Both the position numbers and the translations under genes were made by a program. From Negaprion brevirostris (taxonomy: Eukaryota): a stretch of 64,000 bases of DNA. Below, in pieces: positions 52,972 through 64,000 of the stretch. Position 1 is the first letter of the stretch; every line of letters begins with the position of its first letter. The notes beneath the pieces were generated by a model. It worked only from the letters and a program-made list of their open reading frames with translations. It searched no databases and was not told the origin of the DNA. The stretch lies in contig JARDVH010000025.1 of NCBI GenBank assembly GCA_030324005.1, forward strand, positions 74,293,676-74,357,675. Reading direction: 5' to 3'.

Positions 52972-53184
52972 AGTAAAAAGTCTGACAACACCAGGTTTAA
53001 GTCCAACCAATTTATTTGATAGTACACTCACTAGATTTCGGGTTAGTTATTCACCTGACGAAGGAACTAACCCGAAAGCTAGTGAGTCTACTATCAAATA
53101 AATCGGTTGGACTTAAACCTGGTGTTGTCAGACTTTTTACAGTGTTTACCCCAGTCCAACGCTGGTATATCCACATCATGACTA
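52972..53184 (+). mobile_element. Penelope-like mini-insertion with 76-bp inverted arms and a 14-bp TSD
   Basis: TSD CTATTCATTTATCT at 52958-52971 and 53185-53198; arms 52973-53048 and 53065-53140 are complementary at 73 of 76 positions. Confidence 0.85.
53050..53086 (+). ncRNA. Minimal type I hammerhead ribozyme motif (Penelope-associated)
   Basis: Stem I TCAC (53051-54) pairs with GTGA (53082-85); core CTGACGA (53055-61); stem II GG/CC; GAAA (53074-77); palindromic stem III AGCT; predicted cleavage after A53081. Confidence 0.65.
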
Positions 53185-56100
53185 CTATTCATTTATCTGT
53201 CAAGATGCCTCTTAAACATTGCCATTGTATTTGCTTCTACCACCTCCTTTGACAGCGCATTCCAGGCACTTACCACACATTCAGTTTAAAAAAAACTTGC
53301 CTCACACATCTCCTTTAAACTTCCTCCTTAAACCTATGTTCCCTTGTAATTGATATTGCTACCCTGGGAAAAAGACTCCGAATATTCATTCTATCCATGC
53401 CTCTGATGATTTTGTAAATTTTATCAGGCCGCCCTCAGCCTCTGATCTTCAAGTGAATACAAGCAAAGTTTGTCCAACTTCTCCTCATAGCTAACACCTT
53501 CCAAACCTTTTCTGTACTCCCTCCAAAGTCTAAACACCCTTATGATAGTGTGGTGATCAGAACTGTATGCAGTATTCCAAATTTGGCCTAACTAAAGTTC
53601 TATACAGTTGCACATGACTTGCTAATTTTTACATCTGTGCCCTGAATGATGAAGGCAAGCAATCCATATCCCTTCTTGACCACCATGTCTACTTGTGTTG
53701 CCACATTCAGGGAACTGTGAAACTAAATGCCTAGTGTATAATGGTTAAATGAAAAGAATGACTTCATTTGACTTACGGCCATTATATTTTAGAATTAATT
53801 TTCAGACTTTTCAGTAACGATAAGGAGCTTTGAATACCAATATGACAATACAAAATGCCAGTGCACACTGCTCTTGATTTTTCAGTTATTCCTCCAAAAG
53901 GTTGGAAAATCGAGTACCATGAGGCAAAATTTCTAATTGCTAGTAAGACTTCTCCCTGAACGCACAATGCCAGAAAATGAATACTTTCAGCCAAATAGCT
54001 GGGTGTTTGCATTCCATTCTGAGGAAGGTCTGAACTAAGTGTCAAACTACACAAAAAGATGTGCAAATGTCATACTTCAACACCGTGAAATTTGGAGTAA
54101 AGATGATCTTTCGTCTGCCCAAGCTATTTGCACACACAAATAATGCATGCAAGGATTGAATCCAAATATTATTGCCTCAGTGAAATGTAGCAGCAAAAAA
54201 ATGCAAATTATTGCACATTGAATTTGCAGCATTCTGTTGTTCAATACTGCAGGTTATGTGCAACTACACTGTGGTAAAGGAGATGATGTTTCAGGTCAAA
54301 GTTAGGCACCATCTGAATCAGCATCTGAGGCCTGATGTGATAAATGCAGAATTTTTCCCACTCCCTATTGACAAAAAAAAACTTCAACACAGAATAAATT
54401 CACCATTGATCTATTTGGCTGTGAGAGTTGAACACGTGCAAATTGTATTGATGTCATTTAACACTTCAAAACAAATTGTTTTTCACTCATGCTTTGAAAA
54501 TCTCTCTCAACACAGAGGTTCCTTTCTTTGGAATTGTGGGAAGACATGTAAATTTTCAGCCTTGTTGCTGGGGTTTCTTTAAAGGACATTACAGTGAACC
54601 CATTGCTAAAGGATTTGTTTAACACTTTGAAGTAGCAATGTATTCAGTGTAGTTAATTGGAATTTATCAAACTAATAAGCATGTAATCATTGCAAAAGTT
54701 TTGCAAAAATGCTCTCTGATATAATTTTTTTGTTCAAGTTTTCTTTGGTTGTAATATTTGGTCAAATATTAATTTCCATATGTTATTAAATGTGGCCTTT
54801 TCTCATTGTGTGCAGTAAAGGGTTTTTGATAAGCATGCAAAATGTAACCATTATGTACCTTTGTGGAACTGTCAGAGAGTAATGTCAATGTCTGATGGTG
54901 TTATAACCTTGTATTTCTTTAAATGTAGAAAAATTTTATTGACCATCAAATTTTTCAGACCATTGTTGAAACAAAGAAAATAGGAGCAGAGTAGGCCATT
55001 TGGCCCCTAAAGCCTGCTCTGTCATTCATTATGATCATTCATCATTATGCCTGTAGTTACAACTGGATTGTGCCCTGTGGTGTCCCCCAGCCCCACTAGA
55101 CCTTGCAGGGTTAGTGGGAGATCAGTCAAACACTTTGGATTCCTCAATAATACCTATCTGCCCATACCTGCTTGAACCCTATGCCATGATTCTCTAATTC
55201 CAGTCATGGTCATACTGCTTCTTTGCACAATTGGGCTTATTGATGATTGTTTTAAAAAAAAAATCAGATCCCACTCATGGACATCCACTCTCTCAGCATA
55301 TTGTGAACATTATAAGTCAAGATCCTGTCTGAGACAAAGGAATGTGAACAACTAGCTTAGGGAGACCATGCCATGCCTTTTTCGTGACCATTGCTATGTA
55401 AGGGGCAGACAAAGATTTTGTCCCTTTTATAAGGCACTCCAAACAATATGGCAAAAATCTAATACAATGGGTCTCCAGTCTTCCTGAGGCCTCCAGTGGG
55501 GCCTCCACTGATCTCTGCCTGAGGAATCTGCGGGACAGTGTATCTAGTTACCGCAATGGCCTCCTTCCAAAATGTAGGCAGAAGTACGTCCATGCACAAT
55601 GCATTTATTTATTATTGCTAGATTTGTGAACTTTCAGGCTGTCATGCAATTATATTCTACTTGTGTGACTTTACATAGCTAATTACTGTTGTCTTGCTGT
55701 CATTTATAGGAAATTGTTAATTTTTTTTTAAGATTTGAAGAAACTCCTTAGCAAACAAATATGAAACGAAGCCTAACAGCATGTTTATTAAAAAAACAGT
55801 ATTTAATGAATGATAAGCCATCAGAAACATGTGTGAAATGTAAAATAGATGTAGTTTTAATAAGATATTGTGGAATGAAAGTGAAAGATAACAGTTGGTC
55901 CTTTCAAGGACTATATTAAAGTAATTTCATCTAATCTAGAACCAGTTTGCCCACATAGCAACTATGATTGTCTTGGAAAATAATTATTGTGAAATGCGTC
56001 TGAGTGATTGGGTGCCATATAATTACAAATCTTTTGCAGGTTGTAATTTCTTCGTGTGCACGTACAACGATTGACTAGAAATGCTGGGTTTCTTTCATTT

Positions 56101-56748
56101 CCACTTTCCATTAATCACCTTTTGAAGAGTTATACTTTTAAAGATATGCACAAAGTTTAATCAATACCACAAACAAAATTTAATTACATTGTACAAAGTC
56201 GTAAATGGTAATGGAGAATAATCGAAAAATGTTCACTTTGATAAAGCTGCCACAAGCATTGGTTGTTTACAAGCCATCAAAGCAGCCACAGTTTATCCAT
56301 CCAACTGAAAATGACCATTTCCCTATCAGCAGTTCAAAGTTTGATAGAAGGCATGGATTTATATTCTGTCCAATTGTGAAAGATAATGGGGCCGCTTTTT
56401 AATTCCTGCGGCCTAGCCAGTGATTGGCATGTCTGGGAGGATCAGCGGGGAGGCTCAGGCAGTTTTAATGGCCAGGTCTCATTGGCCTGCCGTGAGCCAA
56501 CTTCCCAAAACAAAGCAGATGAGAAGTGGCTACTCGGCCGTTAATGTCAGGCAGTAGGAAACTGCTGTTGGGAACCAGAGGAAATGGTTCCTGGTATGAA
56601 GGTAAGTGGTCAGGAGGGGATCAAAATTAAGAAATGGGAGCATTGCAGGGGAGGCCCACATTTTCCTTGTAGGGCCCAGAGGAGCAATCCTGCTTCACCT
56701 GGAGTGCAAGGAAACAACAAAAATTTAAAAACAACTTCACCATCCTGG

Positions 56749-57869
56749 TGTAAGGACCAAATCAGAAGGTCCAGTGTATTTTATGAAGTTAGTCTAGTCC
56801 CTAAATTTTACGTTTTGATTTTGGCTTTAGGGTGAGCATAAGGCATTTCACTCCAAGAATAGAACAAAGAAAATTACAGCACAGGAACAGGCCCTACGGC
56901 CCTCCAAGACTATGCTGCCTTACTGAACTAAAACCCCCTACCCTTCCAGGGCCTATATCCCTCTCTTCTCATCCTATTCATGTATTTGTCCGGACGCCCC
57001 TTAAGACTCACTATCGTATCTGCTTCCACTACGTCCCTTGGCAGCAAGTTCCAGGCACCCATCACCTGTGTAAAAAAAAAAAGCTTGCCTCATACATCTC
57101 CTTTAAACCTTGCCCCTCGCTCCTTAAACCTATGCCCCCTAATAATTGACTCTTCCACCCTGGTTCAAGTGACCCATTAGGAGGCTTTTATTAAAACAAA
57201 CTTTATTGAAGAACAGAATTAGAATATAATGAAAAGAATTACTGTAACTTTTTCCAATTTAAATACTTAAACATGACAAAGTATAATTTTTAACAGCTAG
57301 CTATCTCTACTGTTTCAATTTAGCAGTAGCCCCTATAGACATAAAACCCTGCTTTAGGACCACTTAGCGCAGAAACAGAAGATGTTTACATAGGTAGTGC
57401 ATTTCCAGCCTTTTGACAATCTGGACAGTGATCTAGTTGGACATTTGTCTTCTAATTCTCATGCAGCAACCTCCAGAGAAAGTTTCACCCCCAAAAAGGC
57501 TTATTTCTTGGAAGATTCCAGTCTCCAGACCTCAGTGAGGGAAAAAGAGAGGCCACTTCTTCTCCCATAAAGCAGACTGACCTTGAGTTCTTTGTATAGG
57601 CCTACCTGTACCAGTCATATGATCTTACTTGTCAACTTAATGGAGCACTACTCTGCAATATCCTAGGAAAAAAACCAATCAACAGAACACTGCACTAGTG
57701 CAGATTAAACAAACATTGGAGTAATTAAGATCAATTATGTTGCTGCAGTAACAATACCATGCTTCTGGATCCAGACAAAATGGCTCAGATAAAATGGAAG
57801 GGACTAGTAAATATATTCAGCACAGAAACATGAGTAAAATACATTTCTTAAAGGCTTGGTATTGTCGCA
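56749..57869 (-). mobile_element. Probable solo LTR containing a CR1 insertion
   Basis: TG at 56749 (tgtaaggacc) and CA at 57869 (attgtcgca); AATAAA twice on the minus strand near 57187-57206; no clear TSD. Confidence 0.55.
56858..57163 (-). mobile_element. CR1 LINE 3' end (young subfamily, like 31160-31473)
   Basis: agaacaaagaaaattacagcacaggaacagg...aattgactcttccaccctgg. Confidence 0.9.
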
Positions 57870-58211
57870 GTCGGCCTCTTCTGGTCCAGAATCTGTTACC
57901 TACAAAGTTTGCCTTGTGGGTAGCCACCATGTAGATTGCTATTGATTCAAGGAGATATCTTTGAGTGATATCTTCAAGCTTAATCTGCATATTTGAAAAA
58001 GGAAGCTGGCTTCAGGCAGATAGCCTAGGTGTTTGCAGTTTAAAATTTCCATTCACCAGATCAGAGTGAGAAGCCAGCTGGTGTACTTCATATTTCTTTT
58101 TAACTGCCCTTCCACTGAGAGTCTGCCAGGAGAGAAGAGTTAGAACTCTGCCCAAAGTTTGGTGCTTGCCTGAACTGTGTTTATAACAGGGGGAAAGCAG
58201 TATGATAAATA

Positions 58212-58272
58212 ATTCACAGTAACTTCATTGCAGTGTTAATGTAAGCCTACTTGTGATATCAATAAATAAATT
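58212..58272 (+). mobile_element. Isolated SINE/LINE 3' tail
   Basis: ttcacagtaacttcattgcagtgttaatgtaagcctacttgtgatatcaataaataaa, same tail as the SINEs at 19366 and 40905. Confidence 0.75.
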
Positions 58273-58724
58273 TTACACTTATTCCTATTCTTTAAAAGCA
58301 TAGAAGATTTAGTATATATAAATGTAATGCTATTCAGTAAAAAAGTTAAAATTCTACAAAGAGCAACGGGGAAGCCCAATACACTTTGTAACTGAGAAAA
58401 ATCTACTTATTAGGCTACAATATGTTTCACCTGAATGAAATCAACGTTTTACTTCAAGATTTTGAAAGCTGAATTCTTCAACCAGTTTGGAATATTTAAT
58501 ATTGGAATGATGTTTAAAATTGCAGGTTCTTAAAACTATCATCCCTTAAACAGGTGCCACCAAAGTATGACACCTCTTCCACCAACCCCTGTTTGAGTCT
58601 TTCTAATTTGGTTTCCAACAAACACATGGTGTCAAGACAGTTCCACTCAAAAGTCAGTAGGACTATCTCCACTTCACTGTATTCCTGTTGGCCTCTCCAC
58701 CCAACCAACACATTGACAGATTCC

Positions 58725-59053
58725 ACAGAATCACAGAAAAATCACCAGAATCCCTACAGTGCTGAAGGAGGCCATTTGGCTCATCAAGTCTGCACCGATA
58801 ACAATCCACCCTATTCCCATAGTCCGAACTTATTTACCCTGCTAGTCTCACTTGACACTAATTTAGCATGGCCATTCAACCTAACCCACACATTTGTTTT
58901 GGACTGTGGAAGTAAGCCGGAACACCTGGAGGAAACCCACGCAGACATGGGAGAATGTGCGAACTCCACACAGACAGTGACCCGAGGCCAGAATTGAACC
59001 TGGGTCACTGGCATATGAGGCAATAGTGCCAACCACTGTGCACCATGCTGCCC
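58725..59053 (-). mobile_element. tRNA-derived V-SINE (HE1-like) with CR1/HER1-type tail
   Basis: Same structure as 10590-10868. Confidence 0.88.
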
Positions 59054-59099
59054 TTAAATCCCATTTTCCTGGGATTTAAGGGCAGCATGGTGGCACAGT

Positions 59100-59420
59100 C
59101 ATAGTCCACCTCCTAGTCACCATGTTGTCCCCATATCCGTACCAACCCAATCAGTACATCTCTTCAAAGGGTTTCTCTTGCCTTATATGTGCAATCATTT
59201 TTTGTGTGCCTTAAGCTTCCATCTTTTGTCCCTCTCATTTTTGGTTGGCAAAACATGGACGTAGCTACAGCCGACAACATCCAAATATCCAGCAGAACCA
59301 TTGATTTCGTACACCGAGTGCATTGTTAAACTATCTGTCTGATATCAAGTCCTGGATCAGGATTATCTTCCAGCAGCTCAGTGTTGAAAAAACTGAAACC
59401 TGTTTAAATTTCTTTGGTAA
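59100..59420 (+). mobile_element. Old L2-like RT remnant
   Basis: LSDIKSWIRIIFQQLSVEKTE resembles the L2 LSDIKxWMxxNFLQLNxxKTE motif. Confidence 0.5.
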
Positions 59421-60415
59421 CTTATCAACTCTGCTTATTCCCTAAAAATGAAATCCAGTGGTACGCAACATTGGGTTTCTCTTTAATGATGAGTGGAACT
59501 TTTTAATTCCATGTTTGACCATCACCATCACCATGATGTCTTTGTTTCACACATGTCTATAACACAGTACCCCCACTGATGAACGCTTACTCCACATCAT
59601 CATCGTCTTGAAGACTTAGTTCTTAGGTGCACTACACACTGACTTCTAGCTTCATTCTTTGGACGGATGTTNNNNNNNNNNNNNNNNNNNNNNNNNNNNN
59701 NNNNNNNNNNNNNNNNNNNNNNNNNNNNNNNNNNNNNNNNNNNNNNNNNNNNNNNNNNNNNNNNNNNNNNNTCAATACAAAGAAGCAGGTACCCTCAGAT
59801 TAACTGTACTGAATCGGTGTTTCCCGGCTGATTAACTTTAAGCTCCTTTTCTAGCTGTGTAATATTTTACAGTCATACATGCCAACCAGCCTCGTTTATT
59901 CTTCAAGTTCTTGTCTACTGCTTATTGCTTAATTTTCCACTACCACTACCCTTTGGAGCTCTCTTTCGTAACCATTTTTCATTGCTACCCCTCTCCCTAT
60001 CTTCAAAAAACTGTAAAGACATAGATGTCATTGTATTCTTCACCCACCCCGGTTTTCAATTCTTTATTCCTTCTAGGTGTCCACTTGCCCTTTAAATTCT
60101 CTCTCAAATTGTCTTTTATTTATTGGATACACTTTGTGTAGGAGAGATATACCAACAGTTTACAATATTACTTCAGTGATGAATGCTCACAAATCAACCT
60201 TGATGGAAAAATGTTCATATTGTGGAAGAAATTTTGTTAGAATCAACAAATTGCCAAAAGAGTTTAATCAAAGATAAACTAAACTGCCCATTACAGTAAG
60301 TAATAAAAATGGCAAATAAAAGATTTTTGCCCTGCTGATCATTCTAATAACCTGCTACATCCTTGTTTATTAAAAAAAATCATATGGTTGTCTGTACCTT
60401 GTTTTTATGATACAG

Positions 60416-60493
60416 AATGATGAGCAGCCAGAGAAAAATAGAAACAAGGAGAAAAGACGAGGCAGGCCAGGGAGAAAACGCAAGCAAACAATG
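60416..60493 (+). CDS. DNMT3A: DNMT3A second coding exon (NDEQPEKNRNKEKRRGRPGRKRKQTM)
   Basis: Acceptor ccttgtttttatgatacag, donor ATG|gtaagc, 78 nt, phase 0/0; GRPGRKRK matches the recalled human DNMT3A1 KVGRPGRKRKHPP, which also lies at the end of a phase-0 exon. Missed by the ORF track. Confidence 0.85.
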
Positions 60494-62989
60494 GTAAGCA
60501 CAGATCCTGTTGTTAAATGTCCCATGATTTTCAAATGCAGTGAGTCCTCTGGTTGCTGGTAGGGATGTACAAATGGAATGTCAACATTCTTATAAGAGTA
60601 TGAATTGATTGGCTGCCTTTATTTTCTACAACTGCTCCCAAGTTTTTTTTAACAATCCTTCCTAGCGACTGTTTTACATTTAGCTCTTCTTTCACCATGC
60701 AAACCAATTATTGGTTGTTTGACTGTCTCAGCTAGGCACCAATGCACAGAATTTGAGAGATCATTCCATATGGCCCCAGGAAGCTTTTCTTTCCCAGATT
60801 CAAGTTTTTTATTAAGATGTTAGCTTTGTTTCTCTCATTCCTTCCAGTTTTTCTCATTAGGTCCAATCTACTTTCAGCATGCTGGTGCTGAAAGGCCAGT
60901 GTAATGTCCAATGTTTTATTTAATCTAACCCCAAAAGGATCATCAACATCAGAGTTGTTGATCTCAACATCAACATCAACTCATTGTACTTCATGCAGCA
61001 AAACCCAATTTTTTAAAAATACATGCACAGCTTTGTTACACATAGCACACACAGGAAACCTATCTGTCCTTTCCAAGTTCTCCATTCCAGACACCAGCAA
61101 GTCAATTTACTTATGAATATGGCTCTAATTTAACAATAATTACTGCAGAATTAGAATTTGTGAAATTATTCCGTTAGGCACCTCGTTGATACTATCCAAA
61201 TATTTTTCATTTGAGGTTACTGCACATTGGGAAGGTGTTTCAATTGAGTTAAACACAGTTCCAAAGATTTTCATCTCATTATTTATTTGCATAATTTTGT
61301 GTTATAACAATATTGTACAGACATAAACATATCACTATTTCATGTATTAGGAGAGACATTTAATAGTATCATTATTGTTTAGGATTGAAAATGCTACCTT
61401 TTGAAATCATCATAGTCATATGGCTAATCTTCAGTATATAGTTAGAGTCACAAAAGCAGTTGACCATACTCACCTCTTGTCACTATTGTCCAAATGTGTG
61501 TTGAGTCAACCTTCTTCTGGACTGTTCTGCACATTTATGAAAATGTTGAATTATTCTGAAAGTTAACTTAATGCATTTATTCTTGCCAAGTTCTAATTAC
61601 TGATATGCCCAGAGATAGCAGGACCCTTCTTATGTGTTAGTCTTTGCATCCAAATAGATGATTTGGCTGACATCTCAACATTATTACCTAAATATTATAG
61701 TTAAAAGCAGAAGGCTGCATATCTGAAACTTGCTGTCTGTTAGACTTTGCCAATCGCACTTAATAGTGCATTGGAGTTGGCTTTAAAGAGTGTATGTACA
61801 TAAATACTTAATGTGATATAAATTTAATTTACTTTCTAAATAGCTTCCCAGAATTATGTCAGTAAATACATCATTGTTTTCGCAATGATGGGAAGGGCAG
61901 CTTGCTTTGCATTGTGCTTTGCTTTACATTGTGCCAGCAGTCACATATGTACTAAGTTTGAGATTCTTGGATCTCCTATATAAGATATCTTGAGAAGAAA
62001 AAGAGAATACTTGAGCAAAAGATCAAAAACAAGAGGGCTGAAACATCAAACTCATTTCAAACTCAAAACAGCTTTGAGCTTTATGCAGAAGCTACTGCAT
62101 GACTTGCTAAGAGTTTCGAGCACTGCTTTAAGGTGTTTCAGATTCTTCCTCTTCTCATGTTGGCCAGGTTGTTAGTAACTTGGAATAGTTTTGTGTATGT
62201 TTAATCAGGTTATTTATCTGGAGAGGTAGAAACTGTAGCCATCCTTCTGTAAAAGATAACATGCATAAAGTATCTAGGATTATATTCCAGACTCTCATGG
62301 AATGATTCAACCAACTGCATCTTATAGTCAAATACAGATTTATGATAGCCATACTATTTTGTGTAATGAGTTGGCTCAACCTTTTGATTTATTAAATAAA
62401 ACTGTAAAACAGTTTTGATATTGGAAAATAGTACCCTTTTTTGTTAGGAACCAAATATTAAGTTGATCAGCATTGCCTAGCAGCAACATTAGCAAAGATG
62501 ACACTCAACTGGAATATACTCAGTAAATCAATAGCATTTGGCTAAGTAGGCAATGTCTGTTGCTTCAGTAACTTGCTTTATCAGTTTGTGGGATATAAAT
62601 ACAAAAATATGATTCCGATTAATGCATCAAATCCTATAAATATCTCATAATTATGAAAATATATTCATTATTACGGAAAAATAATAAGGACATTTTTAAA
62701 TGTCCGTATTTTCTAAGAGTGTGGTAAAGTTGAGGTCAACTAATAAAAGGTTGAACTGGGGAGAAAACAGAAGAGAAACAGCAGGTTGGGAATTCAGAGA
62801 ATTTTAAATGACTCCAATTTAGGCTGGCAATCTATAGTTGCCTCCTTTGATGAATGTTTTAGATCAGTACTGTATAAACATATTCATGAAATAAACGGAC
62901 TTACATTCATAGTAAACTTTGGACAGGAAAAGACTGCTCTAATGACCCTGTCCCAAACAGTCAATATTCAGTTTTCTTGTGATGAAGAA

Positions 62990-63620
62990 AGTGCCAAATG
63001 TTTGAACTTTTTATTGATATCTATACTCTATCATTTATGTTATCCTTCTGATGAGTTCTTCTGAACCTTTGGTTTAATACATTTCCTGTAATTTTGGTGT
63101 CAAAAACTAGATGCATTACTCCAGCAGTGGCCTCACCAATCTCTCTCAGAAATCCAGTATTATTTGTTTTTAATGTAGTGGGTATAAAATCCAGTCTCAC
63201 TTGTTATTTAGTGGGCTTTTCTACCTGCACTGCACTCCCACCTCCTCCCTGAAAGATCTTTTTCCATCCTTCACCTTTTAGGGCATGCTTTCACTTTTTT
63301 CTCCCTAACGAAACTACTTCACATTCCTTGTATCCAACTTGCCAACTCTAATCGTTCCCATTCATTGATCCCTAAACCTACCCATTCACTGATCTCTCTA
63401 AACTTGCCCATTCACTGATCTCTCTGTCTTCTTGTAGCCTCTTGTGTTTCTGTTCAATTAATCTTAATCCCTAAACTGAGCAAGATTGTCAGACAATTAA
63501 TATAATTCCTCTTCTGCCCAAGCTGAAATAAATTGTATAACTTAGACACAAACCTATGAACAGTGACACACAGGAAGGACCCTCTGGCTCATCTAAGCTG
63601 CGTATCACAATATATACACG
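62990..63620 (-). mobile_element. Old CR1 LINE remnant
   Basis: ggtgtcaaaaactagatgcattactccagcagtggcctcacca; actacttcacattcc. Confidence 0.55.
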
Positions 63621-64000
63621 CTCCACCTCACTGGAAAACATGCAATCTCTGGGGAGAGACAAAAAAAGCTCGGATAAAAAGGCCAGTTTGGGGGAAAATT
63701 ATCTGGTAAATTCATTCCTGATCCGTCTAGGTGATCAAAGCTAATGCAGGAGATCACTTTAACCCTAAATTCCTTGCAGGACCTCACTTCTGGAATTCCT
63801 TGATGCAACATGAACTGCCACATGTTTCTGAATAGTACCAGTTATCCATTATTGTCCTGAAATGTAACAATTTCGTACTGTTAATTTACATCCTGAGATT
63901 CCTATTTAAACCACCAAAATTCCATGCATTTTATTTAGGGAGCAGGTGTTAATGTTGCAGCATTTTAAAGCCTTTAAATTGCACAATGGAATTGTTGCGC

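Larger units (their letters stand above)
52837..53735 (-). mobile_element. CR1 LINE 3' portion interrupted by a Penelope-type insertion
   Basis: gaacaaagaacagaatgcacaggaacagg tail; sequence resumes after 53198; antisense ORF2 segments to about 53730. Confidence 0.85.
1119..60415 (+). other. DNMT3A: 59,297-nt GT-AG intron of DNMT3A
   Basis: gtaagg at 1119 and ttatgatacag ending at 60415; no other convincing host coding exon in between; filled with repeats. Confidence 0.6.

Noticed and set aside
62688-62705. Short inverted repeat ggacattt-tt-aaatgtcc
   Set aside because: An 8-bp stem in AT-rich sequence is within chance expectation.

Overview
Vertebrate genomic scaffold with several N gaps (9083-9182, 19213-19297, 24992-25040, 28575-29474, 31474-31573, 50650-50860, 59672-59771, plus smaller ones). 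The repeat content (CR1/HER1-like LINEs, HE1/V-SINE-like and DeuSINE-like SINEs, Penelope-derived pieces) points to a shark or other elasmobranch. The window appears to hold the 5' end of DNMT3A (long DNMT3A1-type isoform) on the + strand: a promoter-like and CpG-rich region at about 540-2000, a first coding exon (981-1118, ATG at 1059, MMPSNTNTNSALEEGVETQM), a 59.3-kb phase-0 intron, and a 78-bp exon (60416-60493, NDEQPEKNRNKEKRRGRPGRKRKQTM). The gene call comes from recalled similarity and exon phases, not from a database search. The intron is filled with decayed CR1, L2, RTE and Rex1/Babar LINE fragments, SINEs, two solo LTRs and Harbinger/MITE-like remnants. Almost all ORFs in the supplied track are spurious or transposon debris. 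Best observations: (1) a 213-bp Penelope-type mini-insertion with a perfect 14-bp TSD that folds into a 76-bp hairpin and carries a minimal hammerhead ribozyme core in the sense orientation of the pre-mRNA; (2) a SINE carrying two separate insertions, a solo LTR and a CR1; (3) an intronic CpG-rich, promoter-like island at about 14.3-14.9 kb; (4) a canonical AT-hook core in the N-terminal exon. I cannot support a wholly new multi-gene system from this sequence.
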